Program-made: the position numbers and the translations under genes
Notes under the pieces: model-generated
Told to the model about the DNA's origin: nothing
Seen by the model: only the letters and a program-made list of their open reading frames with translations
Database searches by the model: none
Shown: positions 11,822-25,100 of the stretch, in pieces
Position numbering within the stretch: position 1 is the stretch's first letter
How the letters are laid out: each line of letters starts with the position of its first letter
Assembly: GCF_964355755.1 (NCBI RefSeq)
Contig: NC_092677.1
Span: 3,680,101-3,744,100 of the forward strand
Reading direction: 5' to 3'
DNA: 64,000 bases
From: Antedon mediterranea
Lineage: Eukaryota; Animalia; Echinodermata

Positions 11822-12986
11822 TGGAAAAATAATTGGCCCCCACTCCTAATTTCTGAGGGAAAACAATTATTAGGCCTATTAATATTGTAAGATATATTTT
11901 ATCGAACTAATTTCTAGTACTGGTAACCAATATATTCAATATTACAGTACAACGTCTAATTCACGAACTCAATTTCATTGCGGTTCGTACGCGTCGATAT
12001 ATCTGGGCTGTATCAAAGTTACAGGGACCATGAGTGTGAATCAAGTTACACTGTACTTACTATAAGGACTTAAGGACGCACTTGTCTGGCCTGGCGGTGT
12101 CCTTTTGTACATTTATAAAGTAATATATTTAGAAGTTGGCACAGCTCACGCCTAGCTCACGCGTCGACATCTGGGTCCCATGCTATACTACATCCAGGGA
12201 CCAAAATGTGAATCAAGTTACTTACTAAGGACAAGGACTGTCCTGTAAGAATCGGCAATTCATCATTCGCAATTTACAAGTCTGCCGACTGTCCCTTTCG
12301 TTGAGTTGTTTATAATTATTACTCGAACGCCTAGAATGTAGAATATGTAGCTAATAATATCGCGCACACTCGCATCATGTACAACAAAAAGTAAACGCTT
12401 TACTGTGTACACCACATAAACAGAGGGAGAGAGAGGGCGGTCTTCGAGTTTCGGATTAAACCAAAGATAGTGTATTTAGTTAGTAGGTCTATTTTTATTT
12501 GTTCTTTACATTACAATTTATAAAACGCACAATTCAATGTCACAATAATATTGAATATAATGTTTCATTTTCTATTATAAGATTAGATTAGTACAGATAA
12601 AGAACCTCTAGGCTAGGCCTACTAGGCCAGGGTTTCTATACTAGGCCTAGCCTAGGGAGGGGAGGCCCAGGCCTAGGCTATTCTTTATTGGTAGCTGTAA
12701 TGACCCGAGGAGGTTGTTGTGGTATGCGAGGCGTACTTTACGTCGAGGTACAGTGGGAATCCGGGACGATTCGGCCCACTTTTGGTGGTGCGATAATGTA
12801 GTACTGTAAAAAAAAAAATCAATCCAAATGTTGTAACTCTACATGGCTTTGGTTTTCCATGTGGTAGAGCGCCGCATACGTCGGGATGTTATATAACTTT
12901 TTAAATTTCCAATGCAAAAATCACGGAATGCTTATTCTTCTGATATATATTCTTTGTTTAAATGCATTATTTTTAGGAAAGAAATC

Positions 12987-14488
12987 ATGGATGAACAGCA
13001 TGAAAAAGACTCTGCAGTTTTAGACCTAGGAGACCCATTAAAAAAACGGAGTGATTCTGTTGGTGAACATATTCTTTATAGTGGCCAACAAATTCAAACA
13101 ACGTTAAACTTGAGGTACATCATCTCAGCTCTTGTTTATTTTTATATGGTGGATCCAAGCTGTTTGGAAGAGAAAAGGGAGGGAGCGAAAACCTTCCTTA
13201 GGACTTTCAAAAACATCTTTGGTACTAAGTTATTGCTTATTAAAATATTAATAACAAGTTTGAAATAGTGTGATTTAAACAACAGATTTAATAAATTGTT
13301 TACTATGCTATTTTTAATATTATATATACGGTGTAGGCCTTCACACTACAATTTCCCAGCTATATGAATAGCAGATAGGTTTCTTTATCTTTTTAATGCG
13401 TTACCTTTACAGGGATAGTGCTGAGACAGAGGCAGTGTCTGTATTAACAAGTTTAGGACGTAAAAGAAATGCAAATGTCAGTCTTTCACAGAATTCTCCC
13501 GATGCAACAGAAGATACACAACCAAAGAAAAAAAGGTGATTCATTATTCAAGTCAAGTTAATACTCCGACAACTTAGAATTTAGTAGAGAGAGAGAAGAG
13601 AGAGCTGGTTTTTGTTAGAAACCGGAAAAAGTGTTAAGCCCTTAAGCCCTGTCTACACCTTCAAACTACATAGTTTGACCAAATAAAGTGTGATTTGCCT
13701 AAAATATTGGTTGTGATATACCCAATGGTAGTGATATGACATCATCATGTCCATATACAGTATGTGTAGACAGAGCTGCATTTGTAACTTTTTATTAAGT
13801 TATTTGTTTTTATTTTAGAGATTCAAATGTAAGCCTATTTCAAAATGACACAGAAATGCCATATTTTCACAAAGGCAACTGCCGAGGAATGACCGCTCTC
13901 AACGTTGTGAATATATTGATAGAAAAACAACACGTGACGTGTAGAAAACGGCCGTTTAGTTGTAAAGAAAACGCTGTGTTTTTAGTAGAGCTGTCCAGTA
14001 AGTGTTTATTCGAAGACATCACATTTGACGACATGACGTGGCTCAGCTCAGGGAAACGTAAATACAGTTTAACAATCAATAAAAACGGTGTTCAAATTTT
14101 ACCAAAACACAGCAGTACAAACTATGTTTTGATACGTATGTACAGAAAAAACAAATCGAATGAAAACTTTCGCTGTATAATTAGTTACATAAATGATCGC
14201 GAGGTTATTTTAAATAATCAAGTTTTAATACAGTACTATTTTATTGGCCAGCCGTCGTCATTTAGCGTTAAACCGCATGGGAATTCGAAAAACGTTACAT
14301 CGTTTAAACCAACGAAACCGTCGACAAAACGGCTGTTAAAAGAGCTTTTACGAGTTAAACCGCCGGCTGAAGCGGTACGTGAAGTTAGACGCATCGTTGA
14401 AGGCGGCGAGAAAACGAAGAACGCTTGCGGCGATCTGCCACTGGGGAAACAACAAGCGTATGACATGAACAGAAGGAAAAAGAAATAA
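12987..14488 (+). CDS. 306-aa protein with a CG-1-like DNA-binding domain, probably transposase-derived, no catalytic domain
   Basis: Exons 12987-13114, 13413-13535 and 13819-14488 join in frame with GT-AG phase-2 introns (921 nt). Basic NLS-like motifs RKR, PKKKR and RRKKK. NAVFLVEL..DDMTW..YRKNKSNENFRCII..VLIQYY parallels the CG-1 pattern, followed by PHGNSK..PTKPST. Confidence 0.7.
13644..13778. mobile_element. MITE family A copy
   Basis: agccctgtctacacc ... gtgtagacagagct, at the same intronic position as the 1393-1549 copy in the paralogue. Confidence 0.8.
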
Positions 14489-14947
14489 CAAAGAACATAT
14501 ATTTATAAATGATTTATGATATATGATGATAATTTATAATATATTTTGTATTTTCAAACGGGAATAACTAGGCTGATCGTTAAAAGTACAATAAAAGAAT
14601 TTAAACAGCTAAAACACGAAGAAGTGGTTATAAAGTGTCAACTCCATATTTATATACAAGTACGTACGGTATTATATGTTTTCTTATGACCTAGAACTCA
14701 TATTGAAGACCTTAGTTCGATTGGAATAGTGAAAACGCCACTGACTACCATCCTCTGTCAAACAGTAGGGCTTCCGTCTAACCATCAACATTGTTTCCTT
14801 TAAATATATAGGTTTATCCTTATTGACTGACTGGGGTGGTGCTGCGGTGCAGTAATGTGAAGAAGCGCTTGGAAGCTTTGAGTAAGCACTATAAGATTGA
14901 CGCATTACTGTATTATTAATAGGGTAGTCGTTGTATTAAAACATAAA

Positions 14948-15084
14948 AGCTATGTCTAACTATCAAACTAGTTTGACAAAAAATTGTGATGTGCCCAAAT
15001 ATTATAGTGATATGACATCATCGTGTCCATGTATGGGCACATCACATTTTTTGTCACATAAAATGTGGTAGTGCAGACAGAGCT
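14948..15084. mobile_element. MITE family A copy
   Basis: agctatgtctaactatcaaact ... gtagtgcagacagagct. Confidence 0.8.
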
Positions 15085-15115
15085 TTACATACCTCTCGGG
15101 CGTTTTACCGAAAAG

Positions 15116-15483
15116 TGTCATGGGGGTCTGCCGAACAGTGTCACGGGGGTCTGCCGAACAGTGTCATGGGGGTCTGCCGAACAGTGTCATGGGGGTCTGC
15201 CGGACAGTGTCATGGGGGTCTGCCGAACAGTGTCATGGGGGTCTGCCGAACAGTGTCATGGGGGTCTGCCGAACAGTGTCATGGGGGTCTGCCGAACAGT
15301 GTCATGGGGGTCTGCCGAACAGTGTCACGGGGGTCTGCCGAACAGTGTCATGGGGGTCTGCCGAACAGTGTCATGGGGGTCTGCCGGACAGTGTCATGGG
15401 GGTCTGCCGAACAGTGTCATGGGGGTCTGCCGAACAGTGTCATGGGGGTCTGCCGAACAGTGTCATGGGGGTCTGCCGAACAG
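15116..15483. repeat. Minisatellite, 16 x 23 bp (tgtcatgggggtctgccgaacag)
   Basis: 368 bp of head-to-tail units with no spacers. Confidence 0.95.
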
Positions 15484-15931
15484 AGGAGTGGTTCTCAAAT
15501 AATAATATACAGTATCTTGTATGAGGCACCTTTGATGGACAAGGTAGGCCTAATTAGTGTGATCTTTGTTTTATTTGTTATATTACTTCCTCTTGGAACG
15601 TTATTTTGAATTCATTGACCCTAATTTTTTTTGTCAACAAATCTAAAAAACGAATTAGTTGATAAAAACAATGAAACGCATCATAAATCACAAATCGTTT
15701 ACCATTTGGCAGTCTAAATGAAGAGACCGAGTTAATCGGGTTATGCTCGTAAAATTGGTGGACGCTTTTGTTGATTTTCGAAACACTTTAAAAACAAAAA
15801 TGTACATCAATCAAAACTACAGCAATCAAAACAAAACTGGTAAAGAATTGACCATTTCGCTCTAATTATTTCGTGCATAAATTTTGACTCCTATTGTTGC
15901 GTACGGAAGCTTTAGCTTAGCTTGTTTTCCG

Positions 15932-16225
15932 AAAGACTTCACTTTTTCAACAGATCACCAAGGGAGCAGTTTGAGTTTAGTTACCGGCGAATCCAGCAAA
16001 CCTCAGATAGGCTTACTTCACATTATATTTAACTGAAACACCAATAGAGAGCAGTTGAAATTGATTTACCGGCGAATTCAGCAATTTCCAGATACGTGAT
16101 GCCCGGCGTACCAAAACGTAAACTGGAATATAACCAGTAAAGAGAGAAGTTGAAACTCGGATCAGATACGGTACCCAAAGACTTCATATTATTTTTAACT
16201 GAAACACCAAGAGAGAAAAGTTGCC
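15932..16225. repeat. Three degenerate direct repeats
   Basis: acttca..aac..caccaa..gag..agtt recurs near 15936, 16015 and 16181. Confidence 0.55.
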
Positions 16226-16699
16226 GACACAAAGGAAAGAAAAGAAATTATCATATACGCGGTGGTAAGGATACTGTAAGTGATATTTTTTTATATTTAA
16301 GTTTGATTAATTTTAAGAAGCGTATGAATAAGTCAAGATATGAAAGGCTTGGCTTTTAATTTATTAAACCAGTTTATTATCTTAAGAAATGAAATCTAAG
16401 ATTTAAGAAACAAGTTAAGATATAATCATTTACATAAAAACATACTTGGGTGTGTAAAGTTTGTTTATGTTAAATTAGATCGAATTTCGTCGGTAGATTA
16501 AGAAAATACCGCAATCGATCTGTGACAGACTTTGTCGCGTGAAACTATTGTTATCCCCTGAAAATGAATCTGTGTTATTGTTCGTGGACATTGAAGGGTT
16601 GCATAAGGGTGTACACTTCGTACTTCAAGAGGTCTATGATGCTACGTAATCTCAAATTTAGTTACCGTATAGATTAATATGGGTTACTGCCGCTTGAGA

Positions 16700-16848
16700 A
16701 ATGTATTTATTAGTCTTCGAGCTTAACTGGAAACTGAGGAAATTCGGATTAGTCCCTCAACAGACCCATGGCAGCCAACAGTACAGCGCCTACCAGATCA
16801 GAACACCACCGGGAGACGATCCCCTAAACTCTTTTCGAATAGTGTACC
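16700..16848 (-). mobile_element. Partial SINE 3' portion
   Basis: cccctaaactcttttcgaatagtgta resembles the reverse-strand Deu-type segment at 35370-35390. Confidence 0.5.
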
Positions 16849-17042
16849 AAATACCTGTTATTTCCAATCTTAGTACTACTCGCCACAGGATACAATGATA
16901 ATAAAAATATCACATCAATAGAAGAAAAGAAAGATAACAGTTATAATATTATTTTCAATTCAATTCAACTTTTATTTCAGACAATTATTATGTATAACTG
17001 GGTCGAAATTAGCCATGGATTGATTTATCGGTGGTTGTTAGG

Positions 17043-17224
17043 CAGTGGCTATGAGCGCTCATTGGTTAAACCCAGGGGCCCCAGAGCTTACAAGGGCCCC
17101 TGAGCAGTATCCAGACGAAAAAAACGGGCATTAAAAAGCGAGTAAAAACGCCCGAGGCCTCTAGCGTTGGAGGCTTACTTAGGGTTCCAAACTAGGTGCC
17201 TCGTGCCTCAATTACGCCACTCTG
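17043..17224. mobile_element. Short non-autonomous DNA element; related copy in reverse orientation at about 58078-58266
   Basis: cagtggc..cgccactctg ends; agcttacaagggcccctgagcagt matches the reverse complement of actgcgcagggccccttgtaagct. Confidence 0.55.
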
Positions 17225-19121
17225 ATTTTAGGTAATTGCGCATCTTCCACGGATGTATGCTAACTAGCCCTATATACTTATGTTTGAAAGCATAATTTGT
17301 GGTGCACAGAAGATTTTGAGGCACGAGTTTCCAAGGTTAATCTATTTTTAATATAGTAAACATAAAACATGGTTATCAATGTTTGCTTATAGCATGAACA
17401 GATGCTGTTACAATAGACGTCGACCCAAACAAAGGGCTCTTTTGATTTGCTCTGTATAATAAACAGGGAAGTGCCTCCCATTACCATATGTGAACAGGGC
17501 TTAACTCCATGCACTGACCAGGCTCGGTTCTGAGGTAAAATTTAAGTTATATTTCTGTAGGCTTACCAGTCTCATATGTTGATTGTGTGTTCGTATAATT
17601 TAGTGTTTTATTATTGAAACAGAACAAGTTTATGTTTGTCGTGAAATTTTACACAGCTAATAGAACATGCCGGTATCGATTAGTCTTAGCCTTAGTCCAC
17701 GTGATGTGTTACGTATTTAAAACATATGCTTTATGAAAATATAGAATCGCCATCATAGAACATACCGGTACTTTGTATAGGGTAGGCCTTCTCTATAAAT
17801 TATTTGAAATAGTGAGTAGGCCCTATCCGTTGATTGGTATGATTTTGGACTTTTTAAGGACGTGATAATACAGTTTCAGGTGAGAATGTGAAATTATCTT
17901 AAAGGCCTCTGTCGAGCTAGCTCAATAGACGGCATTTTTGCAGAATATCTATTAAAAATTGCTGCGATTTATACTAGTCAATCAAGTTCCTATCAACTGG
18001 ATTGATTTCACGCACTTTTTTACACTAATTTAAGAAGTTTGTATAATCAGGGAGTAGTGTGCTGGGCCTGGTAATAATTATCATTATAGGCTAATGAACT
18101 GAATTTGCAACAACAGGAATTAATAATTCGCTTCCTTGTAACGACATTGTTTTCTCGAAAGTTGATAGGGGTCTACATGCTACCAGCTACTCTATTGAAT
18201 AAATGAATATATATATATACATGTATATATCAATGCATATACATACAATGGTGTGTACGCTAACGAACGTACCTTGATTCAATGGACGACGGGACGGTGT
18301 ACAAAATGATAATAATTCGTCGATTGTTTGACTTTGTTCGTAAATAGAATGAGGTCGACTGATTATTTAAGTAGGCCTATAGCAGGGACAAGTGCCGGAT
18401 GTAGAGTGAAGTGCGTTTATTTGTCAATGTAGGCATACAGCATGAGGTTCTTAAATAAATGTATGCATTTGATTCACTAGTCGAGTTCTATAGTAGAATA
18501 TCTTATAGCTGCATGTCGAATGCAAAATCAAAAACTGTAAGTAGAGTGGGCCTACATTTTATTAGCTGAGTTAAAGGTCATAATTATACAATTATCAATT
18601 GGGAATATTCGGGATTGGGAACTTTCGTTGTCAACATAACGATCCATTGAGTATTTTTTGCATTCGAATTTTAAACGGATTATGCTCAACAGAAAGTAAT
18701 TCGAATTTGACAACGCAAGCTTTTTCGTTAAGAACAATCTCAACGCTCAAACTTACTCCGTTAAATAAGTACTCAACGGAAAACTGTATACTCAACGGTA
18801 AAAGTCTCGAATACGACAATTATTAGTTGCATAGATATTAATACCACAATCAATAGAGCACACAATTTAGGCCTATGTTTATTATTATCATTACGTCACG
18901 GGGACCGCTGATGTATAGATGAGGTTAGACTAGACAAGCTTATAATATTGAAAATGTGACTCAACATGCTAGTCCGTTATAAATTTTAATCGATATTTGG
19001 CACACACAGAAAACATTCAAATTGACAATATTTTATTACTATTTGACTCGTATTTCTCAAACGTATATTTCACTTGATTTCAGATATTCTACACAAAGGA
19101 ATCAGACGATCTTAAGTCACA

Positions 19122-22100
19122 ATGGCCGAAGCAACAAAATACGGAGAACTTGCAGTTAACGAAGAAAGTGGTAAAACATGTAAGCGCATACTTAATATGC
19201 AAATTTAAATATTTTACGTGTTTTTTTCTTTTTTAGCAATTTTTCAGAAAGTATATAGCGCCACCATGCGACTTCAAAACACTTGCCGATACGACTATCG
19301 ACTGTGAGGCATTTTAAACATTTAAAATAGTCCGATACAAATGTCATTGTCCATGAAGTATAAATAATATTAGGACATATTATTAAGTTTGGGTACAGTA
19401 CTTGAATTGTAATGCAAACATAGTCCAAATCATCTGTATTATTTGTCAATCTTGAGGTTTAGATATAAATCCCCTATTTGTGAAATGGACGTTTCCAAAC
19501 ACTTTCAACCAATCAGAAATTCTCTTAGTTTTAGGGTCATGTTTTGAATCTATTTCACTGTATTAACTAACGCATTGAAGATCTGGATTCTTTTCACTGC
19601 TGAAGTTAAAAATCTAATAGAAAATGAACATATGTGTAACTTCATTAAGGCACAACGTAAATGGGGTGCAAAAAAGGAAACTCTGTTACAATTGATAGCA
19701 TGAATATAGTCTGTATGAAGTGTTTTTTTTTCATGTTTTCTAAAATGCAATATGTTTTGTTTATTTCCCAATTACAAATTGTATACAGAAGTAGAAGTAG
19801 TATTATAATAAGATGTCATCGGGTATGAAGCGTCTCACATACACACAGAGCCAAAATGGCATCTTGGACTTGCACGGTGTATGGACTCTAACCTTACGGT
19901 TTTCATTTAAATATTTCATTCCACTCTATCATCCTTATCTAGTTTTCAAACTTTTGCATTCCTCTTTTTTCATCTCATCCTTTTTGTCTTGGTGAAAAGG
20001 GAGGATATTTTATATTCCTCCTCTGAGTTTATAGCCTCTCTACCAGAACATGAACAAGATTTTATAAGTACGTTTTTAATGACAGTTCATAGACTTTTAT
20101 TACCATCTTTTATCTTTATATTTTAATTAACATCTTTTTAAAATTGTAAATGAAAGCATGGTTATTATATTGAAATTAATCATCTTTTTATGTAAATATG
20201 CCTACTTTTTAACTACTTGTTAACTTGTAACAATCTTAGTAATATACAACAGAAATAGAAATATTCATACAAATAATTAATTGCTACAATGTACCTTTAT
20301 TTTATATATAATATATATACATATAAATCTGAGAATTATAATAAAAGTGGGAAGACCCCACACAAGACAAAAAAAAAAAAAAAAAAAAACTAACGCATTG
20401 ATAAACAGTACACGCCCACCAATTTTAACCAATCAGAGTGTGATAATAATAGTAAAAATTTAAATATTAATAATGATTTAGTAGGCCTACCCCTTTGAGG
20501 TGGTACTTGTCTATTTGACAGTGCGTTACAACTTGCCTGTTAAAAAAATAATAGTGAAATGATTTATTTGTTTTGAGGAAACATACCACGACCTAGGCCT
20601 ACGCATTTAACCACACCTCTCTTCGTTCAAGGAAAATTTATTTACTTTGATCGCGTTACTTTTCAGCCAACCACCAACGATTGAAGATGTCTTGGAATCG
20701 GGGAAAGTTCGGTATCATACTGGCATGTTTTCAGATCGTTTTCATTATTTTATTTGCAATTTTCATTGATTATGGAGAACAAGCGGACGCAAAGGGACAC
20801 GAAGAATCGGAGCTTGAAAATTATTATCCTTGTGAGTACACTTCCTTTTCTTCTTTTAATAAAAAGCGACGCAGCATTTGTTGGAACCAGTCAGTGTAAA
20901 CTTTTTTTTGAGTGAGTGGCCGAGCGGTTAAGACAGTGAAACCGTAATACTTAGCCATAACGTCGTCAAGTCGACGCTCACTCACTCCATGGTTCTGGTG
21001 GTAAAACGAGTCTACTCGGATAAGGACTATAAACCGTAGGTCTAGTGTACACATCTGGCTCTTAAAGAACCTGGTACATCTTTCGAGACGAGTACACATC
21101 CATGGTGTACTAGTACATCACACGGCCACTGACTGTCACAAAGGCATCAGCTACACTAGGCCTTCTGGAATAACAGTATTTGACTGAATGAAAAAGCTAC
21201 CCAGTATAAAGAATAAATAATAATAGTAAAAAGGTCATTTCAGGTCATAATCACCACTAACCTCACCAGAATTATTGTGTGCTTAAATAATGAATTATTC
21301 GATTTTAGACATTGTCTCATTTATCATATTTTTCATTTGTTTAGTCTAGCTTGGCTTTCCAAAAGTTTGCTGGTGTAGACAAAGCTCTTTCTAAACAGCT
21401 CTGTCTACACTACCAAACACAAAAAGTTTTATGTGCCCATGGTAGTGATATTCCCAAATATCGTAGGCTTACAGACAAAATATAAAAGTATTAGTTATAA
21501 GAGTTAATCTGATATCCTCAAATTTACAATAACTCTATAAATACAGGTATATCTAAACAAATAAGTCTTCGACGAAAAATTGAAACTAGAAACTAAAGAA
21601 ACAGACACGTACGTATAGACTGCAAACTAGGCCTACAAGGGACGTAACCATGACAATCCTTCTAAGACCAAAGGGTCAACTTTTCCAATCTGAGAAATAC
21701 TTGTTGATGTTGAATGATTTTGATGAACCGTGGTGACATTTGTTATAGCGTTATTAACTTCAAAAGAGTCATGTCATCAAATACTACAAACAGTTCCAGA
21801 CAATATACCATTCTTCTTTCTGTGCTTCAACGTTATTGTCATAGAATATTGGTGATATGCCAAAATGTTTCACGCGATGCCCATGCATTATAATAAATAC
21901 GTTTTTTTTCACGTTATTGTAAGCATAAAATGTACTAAGTACAGTTAAATAATAAAGTTCTGTTTCTTAAATTTTATGCATGATTTTATTGATTTTTTTT
22001 TCTCTTACAAAAGTTTTTTTTAACACAGAAACCGATAAACTAGAGTACCTATAGTCTGCACAAGGTAATCTAACAACAGGACGCGGAGATCAAATTGCGA

Positions 22101-25100
22101 CAAGATCAGTTCCCCGCATATTAAAAATATGTACATAGTACAGTATTGTTAGTATTTGTCGCAGCCAGACATAATATCAAGGGGCTGTTAGTTTTACGAG
22201 TTCTTAACTTGGCACGGCGAGCCTGTTGTTAGATTGCCTTGATCGGACTATCGAAAAGAATGTTGCTTTATTTAAAAAGGCAGGAACGATTTTGCGCCTA
22301 CTTTTTTTGCGTTGAATCTGTCTCTTTATTTTCTAACAACAGTATTCCAAGATGTCCATGTGATGATCTTCATTGGTTTCGGGTTCTTGATGACATTCTT
22401 GAAGCGGTATGGCTTTGGGAGTATAGGGTTCAATTTCTTGCTGGCGGCATTTGTTATCCAGTGGGCAACTCTTATGGAAGGATTCTTCTGGCAGGAAGAT
22501 GGAACATTCCATGTTGGAGCAGAACAGTGAGTTTTCTATCTAAAATTTTTGTTTTTTTATAGGATGATGTATAATACAGGCGAATATGTGTGGCGTAACG
22601 CGGGGGCTTGGAGGTCCCTGGTTTATGAACGATAAGTGGTCCACCAATGCGGGAGACCTTGGACGTTTTATTTGGGTCCCTGGGATTATCCAGTGATCGC
22701 TCATCCGTTACGTTATGCAGAATACCACGGTTCAATTCCTAATAACGACAATCAATTGTAATATTCTGTATGAAATGTCGAAACCATTTAAACTGAGATC
22801 GCTGAATTGAAATATTAAGCGGTGCGTATTTGGTAATAATGGAACATAAATTGTTAAGTCAAATTTCAAGTCGATCGTGAGCAACAAAGGATAGAAATCT
22901 TTCGTTATGTTTTCAACACAGAGTGTTCACTCGTCCATGGTTTTAGCAACAGTAGTAAGCCTATACTTATAACTTACGTATGTTAATGCTGGTTAGGCCT
23001 ATATGCACTAAGCCATACGGGACACTCGTGGACAACAATACATTCTGAGTGCTTTGATATTATGTGTACTATTGTTAGATTAAGTGTAAATAGGACAAGG
23101 AGATACCTCCAACCCTTGTCTATATACACGTTGACGTACCTCCTTCAGATTCTATTTGATGTATTATTACAACAAAAAGTAGAACAAGTGTTCAGTCAAA
23201 CCCTTATCTATACTACCTAAATATTTTAAATATATACGGCTCTCAAGATCCACAAACAACGTTGATTACCTTATTGACTTTAATCACACTGATAAAACTG
23301 ATTATTATGATTAGAACATGAAATTAATGCCAATTTACAAAAATAAATTTAATATTCGTTTTATTATCATAATACTTAAGCGTGGTTCCCACTAGCGACG
23401 TAACGCAAGGACGTAACGCAACGCAAGTGAATTGACCAATCACAAGCGATGGCTTATTCGAATATATCGCGAAAATTCAACATCATTGGTTGCACAATTT
23501 TTCTCGTCACAAAAAGAAGTTGGAACTTTTAATACCCATGCATGCGCATTAGCCAACAAAGCCAATACGCTTAATATATAAGAATGAATAATATAAAAAA
23601 AATAATGTTCTTTTTTCTTCAGGATGCTGACGGCGGACTTTGCCGCTGCGGCAGTTCTGATATCGTTCGGCGCAGTACTCGGTAAAGTGTCGCCTCTTCA
23701 GCTCATCATTATGGCATTCCTCGAGATTATCATCTTAACAGTCAACCTCTATCTTGGCCTAGAACATCTTAAGGTATAAAGCTTATTTTCACACGGATTG
23801 CATCGCCACGTGCGCATCTAATTTGGCGATATTTTAGGAAATACAGGTTCTTTTCAGACGGTCCACAGCTAGCTATGTGCGTGACAATACGTTCACACAT
23901 GACAGCTTCCAGGCACTATATACAAATTATAAAACTATACAAAGTCATAAAACCATTGGACCAAAGTGATGCAGTTCAATGACTGTAAAATGTATTCAGG
24001 GAAGGTTTTGTATTCATGGAAGAGATGAATGTAATTTGTGGCGTGTATTTCTGTGTATTCTGTCTATACAACAAATTCTTTTATATTATTATGCTAGTAT
24101 GCTATCTCGCAAACACTAAACATTAAACGCTTTGCGTAATCTATATTGTGACCATAAAGCTTTGAGTTCAATAACCACATCAGTGCTGCTCAACAAATTA
24201 TTGTTATTCTAAACAATTTCAATGAAAAATTAATAAAAACTTTAATAAGTTGTATTTAGATTACGACGTATGCCACGTGTTTCCAACTCACACCCCAGAT
24301 GTTCAATACTCAGTTTCGCTTGTAGCCTAAATCATACATACATCTTTAAAAATCGTTTTATTACGAATGAAAGAGAGCTACAAAGAGAATTTCACACGTT
24401 ACACTCCACACTATCAAATAATCTGTATGATTTATAACGTAGGCCTACTTATTTAAACCTATTACAGGTCCTGGATGTTGGTGGGTCTATGTTTATCCAC
24501 ACCTTCGGTGCCTACTTCGGCTTAACTGTTGCAAGAATTCTGTACAAGAAATCGGCCGAAGACAACGATAAGGAAGGATCCGTATACCACTCTGATCTTT
24601 TCTCGATGATTGGTAAGTAAATGTAACGTGACGTGATGACGAAAGGACAGCTGACGCGCGCGAAATTCATTATTCACATCTGAGGAAGTTCGGTCGTACG
24701 TGCTTTCCTACACGGTATCGTGGGTCGTAGGTCCAAGCGAATGACGACACATCGGTCCTCGCCTTCAAAGCTCCGTTTCACGACGATCGCATTTGCGCAC
24801 TTTAATTAAGCGTACATTTTTTTAAATTGTTAATGTCCATTGCCTCTTAACCAATCAGAACACACACACATGTAACATGATTAAATGGCGGTGTAGTGAA
24901 TGACACAACTGCTCCATTGGATAACTATTCTTAAAGAATAATTTGACGAGAAATACATTATAAGCATTTGTCCATTTTAGGTACTATATTCCTGTGGTTG
25001 TTCTGGCCCAGTTTCAACGCAGCTTTAGCCCAGGGAGATGATCGTTATCGTGCCGTACTCAACACCTATTATTCTCTTGCCGCATGCACCGTCACAACTT

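Noticed and set aside
15116-15483. CRISPR array
   Set aside because: The units are contiguous with no unique spacers, there are no cas genes and the context is eukaryotic; it is a minisatellite
15065-15609. Three overlapping Cys/Gly-rich ORFs
   Set aside because: By-products of a stop-free 23-bp repeat read in all three frames
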